This document shows, one piece after another, positions 17,273 to 28,132 of a stretch of DNA of 64,000 nucleotides; within the stretch, counting starts at the first letter, position 1; every line of letters starts with the position of its first letter. Made by a program: the position numbers and the translations under genes. Source of the DNA: an uncultured Rhodospirillaceae bacterium (GTDB lineage Bacteria; Pseudomonadota; Alphaproteobacteria; SP197); NCBI GenBank assembly GCA_964530335.1, contig CAZGYG010000006.1, positions 2,451-66,450 on the forward strand. Direction: 5' to 3'. Below the pieces are notes generated by a model that had not been told where the DNA came from, ran no database searches, and saw only the letters and a program-made list of their open reading frames with translations.

Positions 17273-18211
17273 TCAGCCGCGTCGACGGCCCCTGACGGTC
17301 TCGCGGTGGACGATGTAGAGCCCGGCGCCGACGATGAGCGCGAGCCCGATCCAGGTCGCGGGCGCGGGAAGATCGGCGAACACGAGGTACCCGGCCCCGA
17401 CCGCGAACGGCAGGCTCGAGTATTCGAACGGCGCGACCAGGCTGGCCGGGGCCGTGCGATACGCCTCGGCCAGCAGCAGGAAGCCGGCGGCGGAGATCGG
17501 CCCGGTCGCCGCGAGCAGCGCCAGGTCCAGCCACACGGGCAGCGACCAGGCGCGCAGGAGATAGCCGAGGATCGTGCCGCTCTGTTCGAACCGGCCGTCG
17601 CCCATGGCCAGCCCGGCGACGCCGGAAAGGACCAGCAGCAGCACGACCGAGTGGATCGCGAAGCCGGTGGCCGGCACCCGGCCGCCAGCCCGGCGCGTGA
17701 CCAGCATGGAACAGGCGTAGAAGAACGCCGCGCCGAGCGCGAGCACCATGGCCGGATCGACCGCCGTCACGTCCGGGCGCAGCACCACGACGACGCCGGC
17801 GAACCCGACCAGCACGGCCGCCCAGCGGCGCGGCCCCACGCGTTCGTGCAGGAAAGGCACCGACAGCGCGGTGATGAACAGCGGGTTGGCGTAATAGAGC
17901 GTCGAGGTCTCGGCCAGCGGCAACGCCGCGAGCGCCAGGTAGTAGCAGGTGAACGACACGAAGTGCAGAACGGCGCGCACGACCGCGGCGCCATGCAGGC
18001 GAAACGCCGCCGGATCGCCGCGCCACAGCGCGATCGCCAGGATGCACGGCAGGCCGGTGATGCTGCGGATGAACAGCATCTCGTGCAGCGGGTAGCTGCC
18101 CGAGAGCAGCTTGATGATGACGTCCTGGGCGACGAAGACGGAGACGCCGAGCGTCAGGCAGGCGATCCCGCGCAGCGGCGCGTCGGGAGCGTAGACCCTC
18201 GCATCGCTCAT
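17273..18211 (-). CDS. DMT-superfamily (EamA-like) transporter
   Basis: 312 aa with 10 predicted TM helices and two EamA repeats. Confidence 0.75.
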   Translation of the reverse strand: MSDARVYAPDAPLRGIACLTLGVSVFVAQDVIIKLLSGSYPLHEMLFIRSITGLPCILAIALWRGDPAAFRLHGAAVVRAVLHFVSFTCYYLALAALPLAETSTLYYANPLFITALSVPFLHERVGPRRWAAVLVGFAGVVVVLRPDVTAVDPAMVLALGAAFFYACSMLVTRRAGGRVPATGFAIHSVVLLLVLSGVAGLAMGDGRFEQSGTILGYLLRAWSLPVWLDLALLAATGPISAAGFLLLAEAYRTAPASLVAPFEYSSLPFAVGAGYLVFADLPAPATWIGLALIVGAGLYIVHRETVRGRRRG

Positions 18212-18329
18212 CGCGACGCCACGGACGTGCGTGTCATGGTCCGGTCGGCCCCCTCAGCCGGCTGGGTCGCCGGCCGGACGTGTCTAAGGCCGCGGGTGGC
18301 GGGGGCGCAAGCGGCCGCCGGGCCGAAGG

Positions 18330-18509
18330 CTAGAGAACGACCGCGATCTCGCTGACCAGGAACCACATGCCGGCGCAAGCGGCCAGCCAGACCAGCGTTG
18401 CCGTGGCCGGACCCATCCGCAGCGGCGCGACACGGGCGGCGGTTTCGCGCTCGAACCCGATCGGCTCGGCGAAGTCCGGTTCAGTCCCTTCGGTGCGCGA
18501 CGTGGCCAT
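18330..18509 (-). CDS. Hypothetical small membrane protein (about 59 aa, one TM helix)
   Basis: MATSRTEGTEPDFAEPIGFERETAARVAPLRMGPATATLVWLAACAGMWFLVSEIAVVL, taken from the internal Met of a longer minus ORF. No family assigned. Confidence 0.25.
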   Translation of the reverse strand: MATSRTEGTEPDFAEPIGFERETAARVAPLRMGPATATLVWLAACAGMWFLVSEIAVVL

Positions 18510-18756
18510 GGCGGCGTTTCCTTGATTGTCGTGTCGTTCGGCGAGCGAATCCGTTATGCCCGCGCCGGAACTAATGAGCGGTAAATCCGGCGCCACTCGG
18601 GCGACATATCGGCGCAACCGTGGCGCGCCGGTGACAGATCGAGGCTGCCAGCACCGCCGCGAATCTGGAAATGCCGATGCCCTATCGGTTTCATGTCCGG
18701 TGTCTTGCGTCCCGTCGCCATGACAGCAAAGATCACACGGCAACCGGCGGGGGTAA

Positions 18757-20019
18757 GTGATGGCCGACACGAAAAGCCGACTGCTCGACTGGATCGAGGC
18801 CGACCGCGACACGCTGATCGAGTTCTTCGCCGGGTTCGTCCGGGCCAAGACCCCGAACCCGCCGGGCGATACCGGCGAGGCCGTGGCCCATATCCGCCGG
18901 TTTCTCGACGATCGCGCCCTGCCCTACCGGGTGATCGCGCCGGAACCCCGGTTCCCCAACGTCGTCGGCACGTTCGAGGGCTCGGGCTCGGGCTCGGGCG
19001 CGGGCCCGGGCCGCCACCTGGTGCTCAACGGCCACATCGACGTCTTCCCGGTCGGCGACGAGCCGTGGAGCCACGGCCCGTGGTCGGGCGCCATCGCCGA
19101 CGGCAAGGTGTGGGGGCGCGGCGCCTGCGACATGAAGTGCGGCACCTCGGCCTCGATCTTCACCTTCGCTTACCTCTACAGGGTGAAGGACGAGCTCAAG
19201 GGGCGCTTGACGCTCACCTGCGTGTCCGACGAGGAGAACTTCGGGCCGTGGGGCGCGCGCTACCTGATGGAGAACCACCCCGAGGTCCACGGCGACTGCT
19301 GCCTGAACGGCGAGCCGTCGAGCCCGTTTACCATCAGATTCGGTGAGAAATCGCCGATCTGGCTGGCCATCACGGTGACGACGCGCGGCGCCCACGGCGC
19401 CTACACCCACGCCTCGCCCAGCGCGACCAAGATCGCCGCCCGGCTGATCGGCGAGCTCGAGGCCCTGACCGCGATTTCCGTCGAGGCGCCGCACAACGTC
19501 GCCACCGCGCTGACCCAGGCCCGCGAGGCGATCGACAAGGCTCAAGGCGCCGGCGCCGCCGAGATCGTGCAGAAGGTGACCGTCAACATCGGCAAGATCG
19601 AAGGCGGGCTCAAGGTCAACATGATCCCCGGCACCTGCCGCTTCGAGCTCGACGTACGCCTGCCGGTGGGCGCGACCAAGGAGCTGATCATGGCCGAGGT
19701 CGACCGCATCGTCGGCCGTTTCCCCGAGGCCCGCGTCGAGGAGATCAACAGCCAGCCGCCGTCATGGTGCGACCCCTACGGCGACATGGTCGGGATTCTC
19801 CAGGACAACGTCGAGCGCCTGCGCGGGTTCCGGCCGACGCCGATCATCAGCCTGGGCGGCACCGACGCCCGGCTGTGGCGGCTGCGGAACATCCCGGCCT
19901 ACGTCTACGGCCCCATGCCGACCAACATGGGCGCGGCCGACGAGCACGTCGAGATCGACGAGTTCCTGCACGTCGTGCGCACGCACGTCGTCTCGGCCTA
20001 CGACTACTTGACGCGGTAA
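18757..20019 (+). CDS. M20-family metallopeptidase (ArgE/DapE/CPG2-like deacylase)
   Basis: 420 aa with M20 metal-ligand motifs (LNGHIDVFPVGD; GACDMKCG; SDEENFG) and a dimerisation domain. Confidence 0.8.
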   Translation: MMADTKSRLLDWIEADRDTLIEFFAGFVRAKTPNPPGDTGEAVAHIRRFLDDRALPYRVIAPEPRFPNVVGTFEGSGSGSGAGPGRHLVLNGHIDVFPVGDEPWSHGPWSGAIADGKVWGRGACDMKCGTSASIFTFAYLYRVKDELKGRLTLTCVSDEENFGPWGARYLMENHPEVHGDCCLNGEPSSPFTIRFGEKSPIWLAITVTTRGAHGAYTHASPSATKIAARLIGELEALTAISVEAPHNVATALTQAREAIDKAQGAGAAEIVQKVTVNIGKIEGGLKVNMIPGTCRFELDVRLPVGATKELIMAEVDRIVGRFPEARVEEINSQPPSWCDPYGDMVGILQDNVERLRGFRPTPIISLGGTDARLWRLRNIPAYVYGPMPTNMGAADEHVEIDEFLHVVRTHVVSAYDYLTR

Positions 20020-20045
20020 GTTGCGGTAAACCTTCTCCCTGCGGG

Positions 20046-20073
20046 CGCGACGGCGGATGCTCCCGCCGTCGCG
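20046..20073 (+). terminator. GC-rich hairpin after the M20 peptidase gene (putative intrinsic terminator without a clear U-tract)
   Basis: cgcgacggcgg-atgctc-ccgccgtcgcg, a perfect 11-bp stem with a 6-nt loop, 27 nt downstream of the stop codon. Confidence 0.35.
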
Positions 20074-20137
20074 GGTGGCGAGCGGAGCGAGCCGGATGAG
20101 GGACCTTACGCACCGGTCACGAACACAGGGCGCAACC

Positions 20138-21178
20138 ATGCCGCGGGCGTTTCGATTTCCCGGACTTCTCGCCATCGTTACGGTGGGTTTGTTCCTGAGT
20201 TTCGCCGCCGCCGCGGGACCGCTCGATGACGGGGTCGCGGCGTACGAGCAGGGCGACTATGCGACGGCGGTGGAGCTTTGGCGCCCGCTGGCCGAGCAAG
20301 GCGACTCCTGGGCCCAGTTCAACCTCGGCTACATGTACGACAACGGCCTTGGCGTGACGCAGGACGCCGCCGAGGCGGCGCGCTGGTACCGGATGGCGGC
20401 CGACCAGGGGCACGCCGGTGCTCAAACCAGCCTCGGCTACATGTACTACGACGGCCGGGGCGTGGCACAGGACGATGCCGAAGCGGCGCGGCTCTACCGC
20501 CTGGCGGCCGAGCAGGGCGTCGCCTTGGCCCAGAACAACCTCGGTTACATGTACCAGAACGGCTGGGGCGTACCTCAGGACGACACCGAGGCGGTGAACT
20601 GGTACCGCCAGGCGGCCGAGAAGGGTGACGCCGACGCCCAGAACAACCTTGGCATCATGTACGATGCCGGCCGGGGCGTGCCACAGGACGACGCCGAGGC
20701 AGTGAACTGGTACCGCCTGGCGGCCGATCAGGGGCACGCCGGCGCCCAAGGCAATCTCGGCGCCATGTACGCCAACGGCCGGGGCGTGGCGCAGGACGAA
20801 GCCGAAGCGGTGCGGCTTTACCGCCTGGCGGCCGACCAGGGGCACTCCGGCGCCCAGTACAACCTCGGCCTCGCGTACGACAGCGGCCGGGGCGTGGCGC
20901 AGGACTTCGTCGAGGCCGCGCACTGGTACCGCATGGCTGCCGACCGGGGCGACGGCTATGCCCAGGTCAACCTCGGAGTCATGTACCTGAACGGCGAAGG
21001 CGTAGAGCAGGATCTCGTTCAGGCCCATCTCTGGTTCGACCTGGCGGCGGCGGGGTTTGCGCCGGGCGAGGACCAGGATTTCGCGCTGGAGAACCGCGAC
21101 GGGGTCGCGGCCGAGATGAACCCGGATCAGGTGGCGGAGGCGCAGCGGCTGGCGGCCGAGTGGCAACCGCTACCGTGA
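20138..21178 (+). CDS. Sel1-repeat (SLR/TPR-like) protein, secreted; 7 Sel1 repeats
   Basis: N-terminal signal peptide (MPRAFRFPGLLAIVTVGLFLSFAAAAG) followed by 7 x 36-aa Sel1 repeats (...A..WYR.AA.QG.A.AQ.NLG.MY..G.GV.QD...) and a conserved C-terminal tail (...LENRDGVAAEMNPDQVAEAQRLAAEWQPLP). Confidence 0.85.
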   Translation: MPRAFRFPGLLAIVTVGLFLSFAAAAGPLDDGVAAYEQGDYATAVELWRPLAEQGDSWAQFNLGYMYDNGLGVTQDAAEAARWYRMAADQGHAGAQTSLGYMYYDGRGVAQDDAEAARLYRLAAEQGVALAQNNLGYMYQNGWGVPQDDTEAVNWYRQAAEKGDADAQNNLGIMYDAGRGVPQDDAEAVNWYRLAADQGHAGAQGNLGAMYANGRGVAQDEAEAVRLYRLAADQGHSGAQYNLGLAYDSGRGVAQDFVEAAHWYRMAADRGDGYAQVNLGVMYLNGEGVEQDLVQAHLWFDLAAAGFAPGEDQDFALENRDGVAAEMNPDQVAEAQRLAAEWQPLP

Positions 21179-21277
21179 GGGGGGCGGTCGGAGTGCCGTC
21201 GTGGCGCACGAAGATGCGGGCCCGGCTTGGTCGCCTGATGCTGAGAATGAAGGGTGCTCACTAAGGAGGAGGTAACC

Positions 21278-22747
21278 ATGTCGTGGATGCTGCGATTCCC
21301 TAGGCCGGTCGTCGTCGCGGCGGCCCTCCTCCTCGGATTTCCCGCGACCGCGGGACCGCTCGAGGACGGGGTCGCGGCGTATGAGCAGGGCGACTATGCG
21401 ACGGCGGTGGAGCTTTGGCGCCCGCTGGCCGAGCAAGGCGACTCCTGGGCCCAGTTCAACCTCGGCTACATGTACGAGTACGGCCTGGGCGTGACGCAGG
21501 ACTATGCCGAGGCGGCGCGGCTCTACCGCCTGGCGGCCGACCAGGGGAACGACGCGGCTCAAGACAACCTCGGCTACCTGTACGAGAGCGGCCTGGGCGT
21601 GACGCAGGGCCATGCCGAGGCGGCGCGGCTTTATCGCCTGGCGGCCGAGCAAGGGAACGCCAACGCCCAAGACAACCTCGGCTACCTGTACGAGAACGGC
21701 CTGGGAGTGCCACAGGACTATGCCGAGGCGGTGAATTGGTACCGCCAGGCGGCCGAGCAGGGCGACGCCGACGCTCAAGACAGTCTCGGCTACATGTACC
21801 AATACGGCCTCGGCGTGGCGGAGGACGACAACGAAGCGGTGAACTGGTACCGCCTGGCGGCCGAGCAGGGGCTCGCCAATGCCCAGTTCGACCTCGGCTA
21901 CATGTACGAGAGCGGTCTGGGCGTGGCGCAGGACCTTGCCGAGGCGGCGCGGCTTTATCGCCTGGCGGCCGAGCAAGGGGACGCCGACGCCCAGAACAAC
22001 CTCGGAGTCATGTACAGCACCGGCCGGGGCGTGCCGCTGGACGACGTCGAGGCGGTACGGCTCTACCGCCTGGCGGCCGAGCAGGGGGATGCGGGAGCCC
22101 AGAACAATCTTGGCTACATGTACGACAGGGGCGAGGGCGTGCCGGAGGACGACGCCGAGGCGGTGCGGCTCTATAGCCTGGCGGCCGACCAGGGGTACGC
22201 CGAAGCCCAGAATAACCTCGGCCTCATGTACGACTACGGCCGGGGCGTGCCGCTGGACGACGCCGAGGCGGTGAACTGGTACCGCCAGGCGGCCGAGCAG
22301 GGGTTCGCCGAAGCCCAAAACAACCTCGGCTACATGTACGCCCACGGCGAGGGCGTGGCGGAGGACGCCACCGAGGCGGTGCGCTGGTACCGCCTGGCGG
22401 CCGAGCAGGGCGACGCCTGGGCCCAAAACAATCTCGGCTGGATGTACGAAACCGGTGATGGCGTGGCGGAAGACGACGCCGAGGCGGTGCGTTGGTACCG
22501 CCAAGCGGCCGAGCAGGGACACGGCAAGGCCCAGAGCAACCTCGGCTACTTGTACCAGAACGGCGAGGGCACAGAGGTGGACCTCGTTCAGGCCCACCTC
22601 TGGTACGACCTCGCGGCGTCGGGGTTTGCGCCGGGCGAGGACCTGGATTTCGCGCTGGAGAACCGCGACGCGGTCGCGGCCGAGATGACCCCGGATCAGT
22701 TGGCGGAAGCGCAGCGGCTGGCGGCCGAGTGGCAGCCCGTGGAGTGA
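21278..22747 (+). CDS. Sel1-repeat protein, secreted; 11 Sel1 repeats (tandem paralogue)
   Basis: RBS aaggaggagg, signal peptide (MSWMLRFPRPVVVAAALLLGFPATAG), 11 Sel1 repeats, and the same C-terminal tail as the upstream paralogue. Confidence 0.85.
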   Translation: MSWMLRFPRPVVVAAALLLGFPATAGPLEDGVAAYEQGDYATAVELWRPLAEQGDSWAQFNLGYMYEYGLGVTQDYAEAARLYRLAADQGNDAAQDNLGYLYESGLGVTQGHAEAARLYRLAAEQGNANAQDNLGYLYENGLGVPQDYAEAVNWYRQAAEQGDADAQDSLGYMYQYGLGVAEDDNEAVNWYRLAAEQGLANAQFDLGYMYESGLGVAQDLAEAARLYRLAAEQGDADAQNNLGVMYSTGRGVPLDDVEAVRLYRLAAEQGDAGAQNNLGYMYDRGEGVPEDDAEAVRLYSLAADQGYAEAQNNLGLMYDYGRGVPLDDAEAVNWYRQAAEQGFAEAQNNLGYMYAHGEGVAEDATEAVRWYRLAAEQGDAWAQNNLGWMYETGDGVAEDDAEAVRWYRQAAEQGHGKAQSNLGYLYQNGEGTEVDLVQAHLWYDLAASGFAPGEDLDFALENRDAVAAEMTPDQLAEAQRLAAEWQPVE

Positions 22748-22797
22748 ATGAGCGCCGGCCCATCGTGCGCGGCCACCGCCTCGGCGTACGATGATCC

Positions 22798-22869
22798 GAG
22801 GTGCGGCTGAACGCGCCGGTGCCGGGCGCGGCGCTTACCGCGACCGCCGCGCTTACGTGACCGCACCTC
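22798..22869 (+). other. Long imperfect hairpin between Sel1 paralogues 2 and 3
   Basis: gaggtgcgg ... ccgcacctc arms enclose about 55 nt containing internal cgcttac direct repeats. It lies immediately upstream of the signal-peptide-less third paralogue. Confidence 0.4.
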
Positions 22870-22897
22870 AACCGCGATTGTCCAGCAAGGATCGGAC

Positions 22898-24088
22898 TTG
22901 ATCCCTTTCGACCCCTTCAAGGAAGGCCTTGCGGCGTTCAAGCGTGGCGACTATGCGGCGGCGGCGGAGCTGTGGCGTCCGCTGGCCGAGCAGGGTATGG
23001 CCGAAGCCCGGTACTACCTCGCCGTGCTGTACGACAACGGCAAGGGCGTAGCACAAGACGACGCCGAGGCGGTGCGGCTCTACCGCCTGGCGGCCGATCA
23101 GGGGGATGCCGCCGCCCAAACCAACCTCGGTACGATGTACCTCGACGGCCGGGGCGTGCCACGGGACGACGCCGAGGCAGCGCGGCTCTACCGCCTGGCG
23201 GCCGACCAGGGGTTGGCCAAAGCCCAATACAACCTAGGGCTCATGTACTGGAACGGCAGGGGCATGCCAAAGGACGACGCCGAGGCGGCGCGCTGGAGCC
23301 GCCTGGCGTCCGACCGGGGGATGGCCGAAGCGCAGTACAACCTAGGGCTCATGTACCGCAACGGCTGGGGCGTGCCGCGCGACGACGCCGAGGCGGCGCG
23401 CTTGTTCCGCCTGGCGGCCGACCAGGGGGACGCCGAAGCCCAGTACAACCTCGGGCTCATGTACCGGAACGGCAAGGGCGTGCCACGGGACGACGCCGAG
23501 GCGGCGCGCTGGTTCCGCCTGGCGGCCGACCAGGGGATGGCCCAAGCCCAGTTCAAACTCGGCTTCATGTACGACAACGGCAGGGGCGTGCCACGGGACG
23601 ACGCCGAGGCGGTGCGGCTCTACCGCCTGGCGGCCGAGCAGGGGTACGCCGGTGCCCAGTACAACCTCGGGCTCATGTATGACAACGGCGAGGGCGTGCC
23701 AATGGACGACGCCGAGGCGGTGCGGCTCTACCGCCTTGCGGCCGAACAGGGGATGGCCCAAGCCCAGTTCAACCTCGGGCTCATGTACCGCAACGGCGAG
23801 GGCGTGCCAATGGACGACGCCGAGGCGGCGCGCTGGTTCCGCCTTGCGGCCAATCAGGGGATGGCCGAAGCCCAGTTCAACCTCGCCGTCAGGTACCAGA
23901 ACGGCGAAGGCGTAGAGCAGGATCTCGTCCAGGCCCATCTCTGGTTCGACCTGGCGGCGTCGGAGTTCCCGCCGGGCGAGGACCAGGATCTCGCGCTGGA
24001 GAACCGCAACGCGGTCGCGGCCGAGATGACCCCGGATCAGGTGGCGGAGGCGCAGCGGCTGACGGCCGAGTGGCAGCCCGTGCCGTGA
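22898..24088 (+). CDS. Sel1-repeat protein; 9 repeats, no signal peptide, TTG start (tandem paralogue, possibly 5'-truncated)
   Basis: Begins LIPFDPFKEGLAAFKRGDYAAAAELWRPLAEQG, exactly where the mature domain of paralogues 1 and 2 begins. The in-frame stop at 22808 leaves no room for a signal peptide. Carries the same C-terminal tail. Confidence 0.7.
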   Translation: MIPFDPFKEGLAAFKRGDYAAAAELWRPLAEQGMAEARYYLAVLYDNGKGVAQDDAEAVRLYRLAADQGDAAAQTNLGTMYLDGRGVPRDDAEAARLYRLAADQGLAKAQYNLGLMYWNGRGMPKDDAEAARWSRLASDRGMAEAQYNLGLMYRNGWGVPRDDAEAARLFRLAADQGDAEAQYNLGLMYRNGKGVPRDDAEAARWFRLAADQGMAQAQFKLGFMYDNGRGVPRDDAEAVRLYRLAAEQGYAGAQYNLGLMYDNGEGVPMDDAEAVRLYRLAAEQGMAQAQFNLGLMYRNGEGVPMDDAEAARWFRLAANQGMAEAQFNLAVRYQNGEGVEQDLVQAHLWFDLAASEFPPGEDQDLALENRNAVAAEMTPDQVAEAQRLTAEWQPVP

Positions 24089-24214
24089 AGGGCACGGTTG
24101 ACGAGCTCCCGCCCTTCGTGCGGCGCCGCGTGCTGTCCGCGTGCGATTGCCTGAGGGCAGAGGAAGTTGACGTTTACTCCTGCCGACAACGAACCCGTCA
24201 TGGCGAGGAGGGCG

Positions 24215-24395
24215 ACCTTCCTTCGCCCGCCGAAGCGGGCTTCGCGAAGGCGGGAGCCCGACGACGCCATCCAGGGCAAGCGCACGAGCGGTCGCCCTGG
24301 ATCGCTCCCGCCTTCGCGAAGCCCGCCTTCACGCACCATAGCGGCGGCTTCACGCTTCGGCGGGCGAAGGAAGGTCGCCTTCGGCTCGCGAAGAC
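24215..24395 (+). repeat. Composite palindromic (MITE/REP-like) element, family 1
   Basis: Nested inverted repeats gcccgccgaagcgggcttcgcgaaggcgggagc / gctcccgccttcgcgaagcccgcc / cgcttcggcgggcgaagg. A related copy (cgcccgccttcgc...cttcggcgggc...gggcgaagga) lies at 45790-45875. Confidence 0.6.
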
Positions 24396-24465
24396 GGTTC
24401 GAAATTTGCGGGCGGGTCAAGGTCAACGATCGCTTGTATGACGAGAGGCTGAACGCGAGGGGCCC

Positions 24466-26094
24466 ATGGCGACCGTCGCCGACACCATCCTGGTCAACGG
24501 CAAGGTCGTCACCATGGACGGCGAGCGCCGCGTCGCCCAGGGCGTCGCGCTCTGGCGGGACCGCATCCTGGCGGTCGGCGACGACGCCGACATCCGTGCG
24601 CTGGCTGGGCCGCGCACCGAGGTGATCGATCTGGCCGGTCGCACGGTCATTCCCGGCATCGTCGATTCCCACTGTCATCCGGACAGCCACGCCGCGCATA
24701 AGGTCAAGTGGCACGATATCGGCTGGCCGACGGTTCGCTCGGTCGCGGGCGTGCTGGGCTTGGTCGAGCGGGCGACGGCCAAGCTCGCGCCCGGTCAATG
24801 GTTCCTGGGCTTCGGCTACGACGACCGGAAGTGCGGCGGCTACCCGACGCGGGACCAGATCGACGCCGTGGGCCACGGCCGCCCAGTCTGGCTCTACCGC
24901 ACCGACGGGCACATCGCCGTGGTCAATTCGGCCGTGCTCGCCTTCGCCGGCATCGGCGAGGACGCGCCGGACCCGCCGCACGGCCGCTACGACCGCGATG
25001 CGGCCGGGCGGATGACCGGGCTGCTGCGCGAGATGGCGGCGTGGGACATCGACCTGGCGATCAACAAGCGCACCACGACGGTCGAGGAGTACGAGCGTGG
25101 GCTGCCGCTGGTGTTCGAGGACTATCTGCGCCACGGCGTGACCTCGCTGCACAACTCGCTGACCCAGGGGCGGGCGGTCATCGCCTACCAGCGCCTGCGC
25201 GAACAGCGCCGGCTGCCCATGCGCATCGGCATCATCCTCGACGGGCGCGACGAGGACCTGGTCGCGAGCCACCTGGCGGCGGGGGTGCGCACCGGGTTCG
25301 GCGACGAATGGATCCGCGTCATCGGCGTCGAGTGGTGCCCGGACTGCTCGACCAGCGGGCGCACGGCGGCCTACTACGAGCCCTACGTCGGCGAACCCGT
25401 GCCCGGCGAACCGGTGCCCAACTACGGCATGTTGCTCTACGACAAGGAGGAACTGGCGCCCAAGGTCGCGCGCGCCCACGCGGCGGGACTCAGGGTGTGC
25501 GTCGAAGGGCTCGGCGACCGCGGCATCGACTTCGCCCTCGACGTCATCGAGGCGGCGCTGAAGGCCCACCCGCGCGCGGATCACCGCAGCCGGATCGAGC
25601 ACTGCTGCTACGTGACCCCGCCCCTGCTCGAGCGGATCAAGGCGCTGGGCTGCGTCGATTCCTCGGCTACCGGATTCATGTGGTCGCTGGGCGACGCCTA
25701 CGTCGCGGCGCGCGGCAGCCAGGCCATGCACTGGATGTTCCCCCATCGCGCGCTGATCGACGCGGGCGTGCCGGCGCCGGGGCACTCCGACGCGCCGGTG
25801 TGCGGCACCAACCCGTGGCCGATCCTCCAGGCCCTGGTCACGCGCAAGACCGATTCCGGCGCCTCGTTCGGACCCAGTCAGGCGATCACGCTCGAGGAGG
25901 CGCTGGCCGCCTACACCACGCTGGGCGCCTGGGCCGGGTTCGAGGAAGACCTCAAGGGCTCGATCGAGCCGGGCAAGCTTGCCGACCTGGCGGTGCTGGC
26001 GACCGATCCGTTCCGCGCCAGCCCGGAGACCATCAAGGACACGGCCGTCGCCATGACCTTCGTCGGCGGCAAGCTCGGGTGGGCGGCAAGCTAG
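24466..26094 (+). CDS. Amidohydrolase-family metal-dependent hydrolase (amidohydrolase 3 / AmhX-like)
   Basis: 542 aa with an N-terminal beta-sandwich (ILVNGKVVTMDG), a metal-binding HxH motif (GIVDSHCHPDSH) and a C-terminal TIM-barrel including HSDAPV. Confidence 0.75.
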   Translation: MATVADTILVNGKVVTMDGERRVAQGVALWRDRILAVGDDADIRALAGPRTEVIDLAGRTVIPGIVDSHCHPDSHAAHKVKWHDIGWPTVRSVAGVLGLVERATAKLAPGQWFLGFGYDDRKCGGYPTRDQIDAVGHGRPVWLYRTDGHIAVVNSAVLAFAGIGEDAPDPPHGRYDRDAAGRMTGLLREMAAWDIDLAINKRTTTVEEYERGLPLVFEDYLRHGVTSLHNSLTQGRAVIAYQRLREQRRLPMRIGIILDGRDEDLVASHLAAGVRTGFGDEWIRVIGVEWCPDCSTSGRTAAYYEPYVGEPVPGEPVPNYGMLLYDKEELAPKVARAHAAGLRVCVEGLGDRGIDFALDVIEAALKAHPRADHRSRIEHCCYVTPPLLERIKALGCVDSSATGFMWSLGDAYVAARGSQAMHWMFPHRALIDAGVPAPGHSDAPVCGTNPWPILQALVTRKTDSGASFGPSQAITLEEALAAYTTLGAWAGFEEDLKGSIEPGKLADLAVLATDPFRASPETIKDTAVAMTFVGGKLGWAAS

Positions 26095-26102
26095 GCTAGC
26101 GC

Positions 26103-26987
26103 TCAGCTCGCGAGGCGCTGCTCGGCGGCCGCGTTCTTGACCGCGCGCTGAAGTTTCTCGAAGGCGCGGACCTCAATCTGGCGCACGCGCTCGCGGCTGA
26201 TGCCGTAGTGCTGGCTCAACTCCTCCAGGGTCTTGGGCTCCTCGGTGAGCCGTCGTTCGACAAGGATGTGGCGTTCGCGCGCATTGAGCTTGGCCAGCCC
26301 ATGGTCGAGCAGGACCCGGCGCTGACCGAGTTCCTCGGCTTCGCCGATCGCGGTTTCCTGGTTCGCGGTCTCGTCCACCAGCCAGTCCAGCCACTCGCCT
26401 TCGCCGCCGGCCTGGAGCGGGGCGTTGAGTGAATGGTCGGGGCCGGCAAGCCGCCGGTTCATCTGGATCACGTCGTCCTCGGGCACGTCCAGGCGCTCGG
26501 CGATCGTCCTGACCGTCTCGGGTTTCAGGTCGCCGTCGTCGATCGCCTGGAGCTGGGCCTTGAGCCGGCGCAGGTTGAAGAACAGCTTTTTCTGCGCCGC
26601 CGTGGTGCCGATCTTCACCAGCGACCACGAGTGCAGGATGTATTCCTGGATCGACGCGCGGATCCACCACATGGCGTAGGTCGCCAGGCGGAACCCGCGC
26701 TCGGGCTCGAACCGCTTGACCGCCTGCATCAGGCCGACGTTGCCCTCGGAGATCAGCTCGGAAATCGGCAGGCCGTAGCCGCGATAGCCCATGGCGATCT
26801 TGGCGACCAGGCGCAGATGGCTGGTGACCAGGCGATGGGCGGCGTCGATGTCGCCGTGCTCGCGCCAGCTCTTGGCCAGCATGTACTCCTCCTGCAACTC
26901 CAGCATGGGGAAGCGGCGGACATCCTGGAGGTAGCGCCTGAGGCCCGCGTCGGAGGCGAGCGCCGGCAAAGAAGTTCGTTCGACCAT
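26103..26987 (-). CDS. rpoH: RNA polymerase sigma-32 factor RpoH
   Basis: 294 aa with sigma-70 regions 2-4 plus the RpoH box (QKKLFFNLRRLK). Convergent with the amidohydrolase, with only an 8-bp gap. Confidence 0.9.
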   Translation of the reverse strand: MVERTSLPALASDAGLRRYLQDVRRFPMLELQEEYMLAKSWREHGDIDAAHRLVTSHLRLVAKIAMGYRGYGLPISELISEGNVGLMQAVKRFEPERGFRLATYAMWWIRASIQEYILHSWSLVKIGTTAAQKKLFFNLRRLKAQLQAIDDGDLKPETVRTIAERLDVPEDDVIQMNRRLAGPDHSLNAPLQAGGEGEWLDWLVDETANQETAIGEAEELGQRRVLLDHGLAKLNARERHILVERRLTEEPKTLEELSQHYGISRERVRQIEVRAFEKLQRAVKNAAAEQRLAS

Positions 26988-27103
26988 GGTTAGGTTGTCT
27001 CGGCGCGGAAGCGCCGCTGTTGTCTGAAGTTGTTGGAGCGTGGCGGGAGTCTAGCGAACAACACGCGAACAGTCAATACCCGACTTGGGAAGTCAACTAT
27101 TTG

Positions 27104-28078
<975 letters not shown>

Positions 28079-28132
28079 GGTCAGCCGCCCGCCATCGTCG
28101 TCGGTGCCGGGCTGAAGATTCTGGTCATCGTC

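Noticed and set aside
18900-19050. Gly/Ser-rich stretch (GSGSGSGAGPG) in the M20 peptidase looked like a simple-sequence repeat
   Set aside because: It is a short in-frame linker within a well-conserved peptidase, not a variable repeat.
24037-25785. 582-aa minus-strand ORF covering the amidohydrolase gene and the palindromic element
   Set aside because: It is antisense to a convincing amidohydrolase CDS and runs through a MITE-like repeat. The product has no recognisable domains.
26988-27103. rpoH promoter elements (TTGACT ... TATTGA on the minus strand)
   Set aside because: Spacing between the candidate -35 and -10 hexamers (about 13 nt) is wrong for sigma-70, and no clear sigma-32 consensus could be placed confidently. 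Left unannotated.
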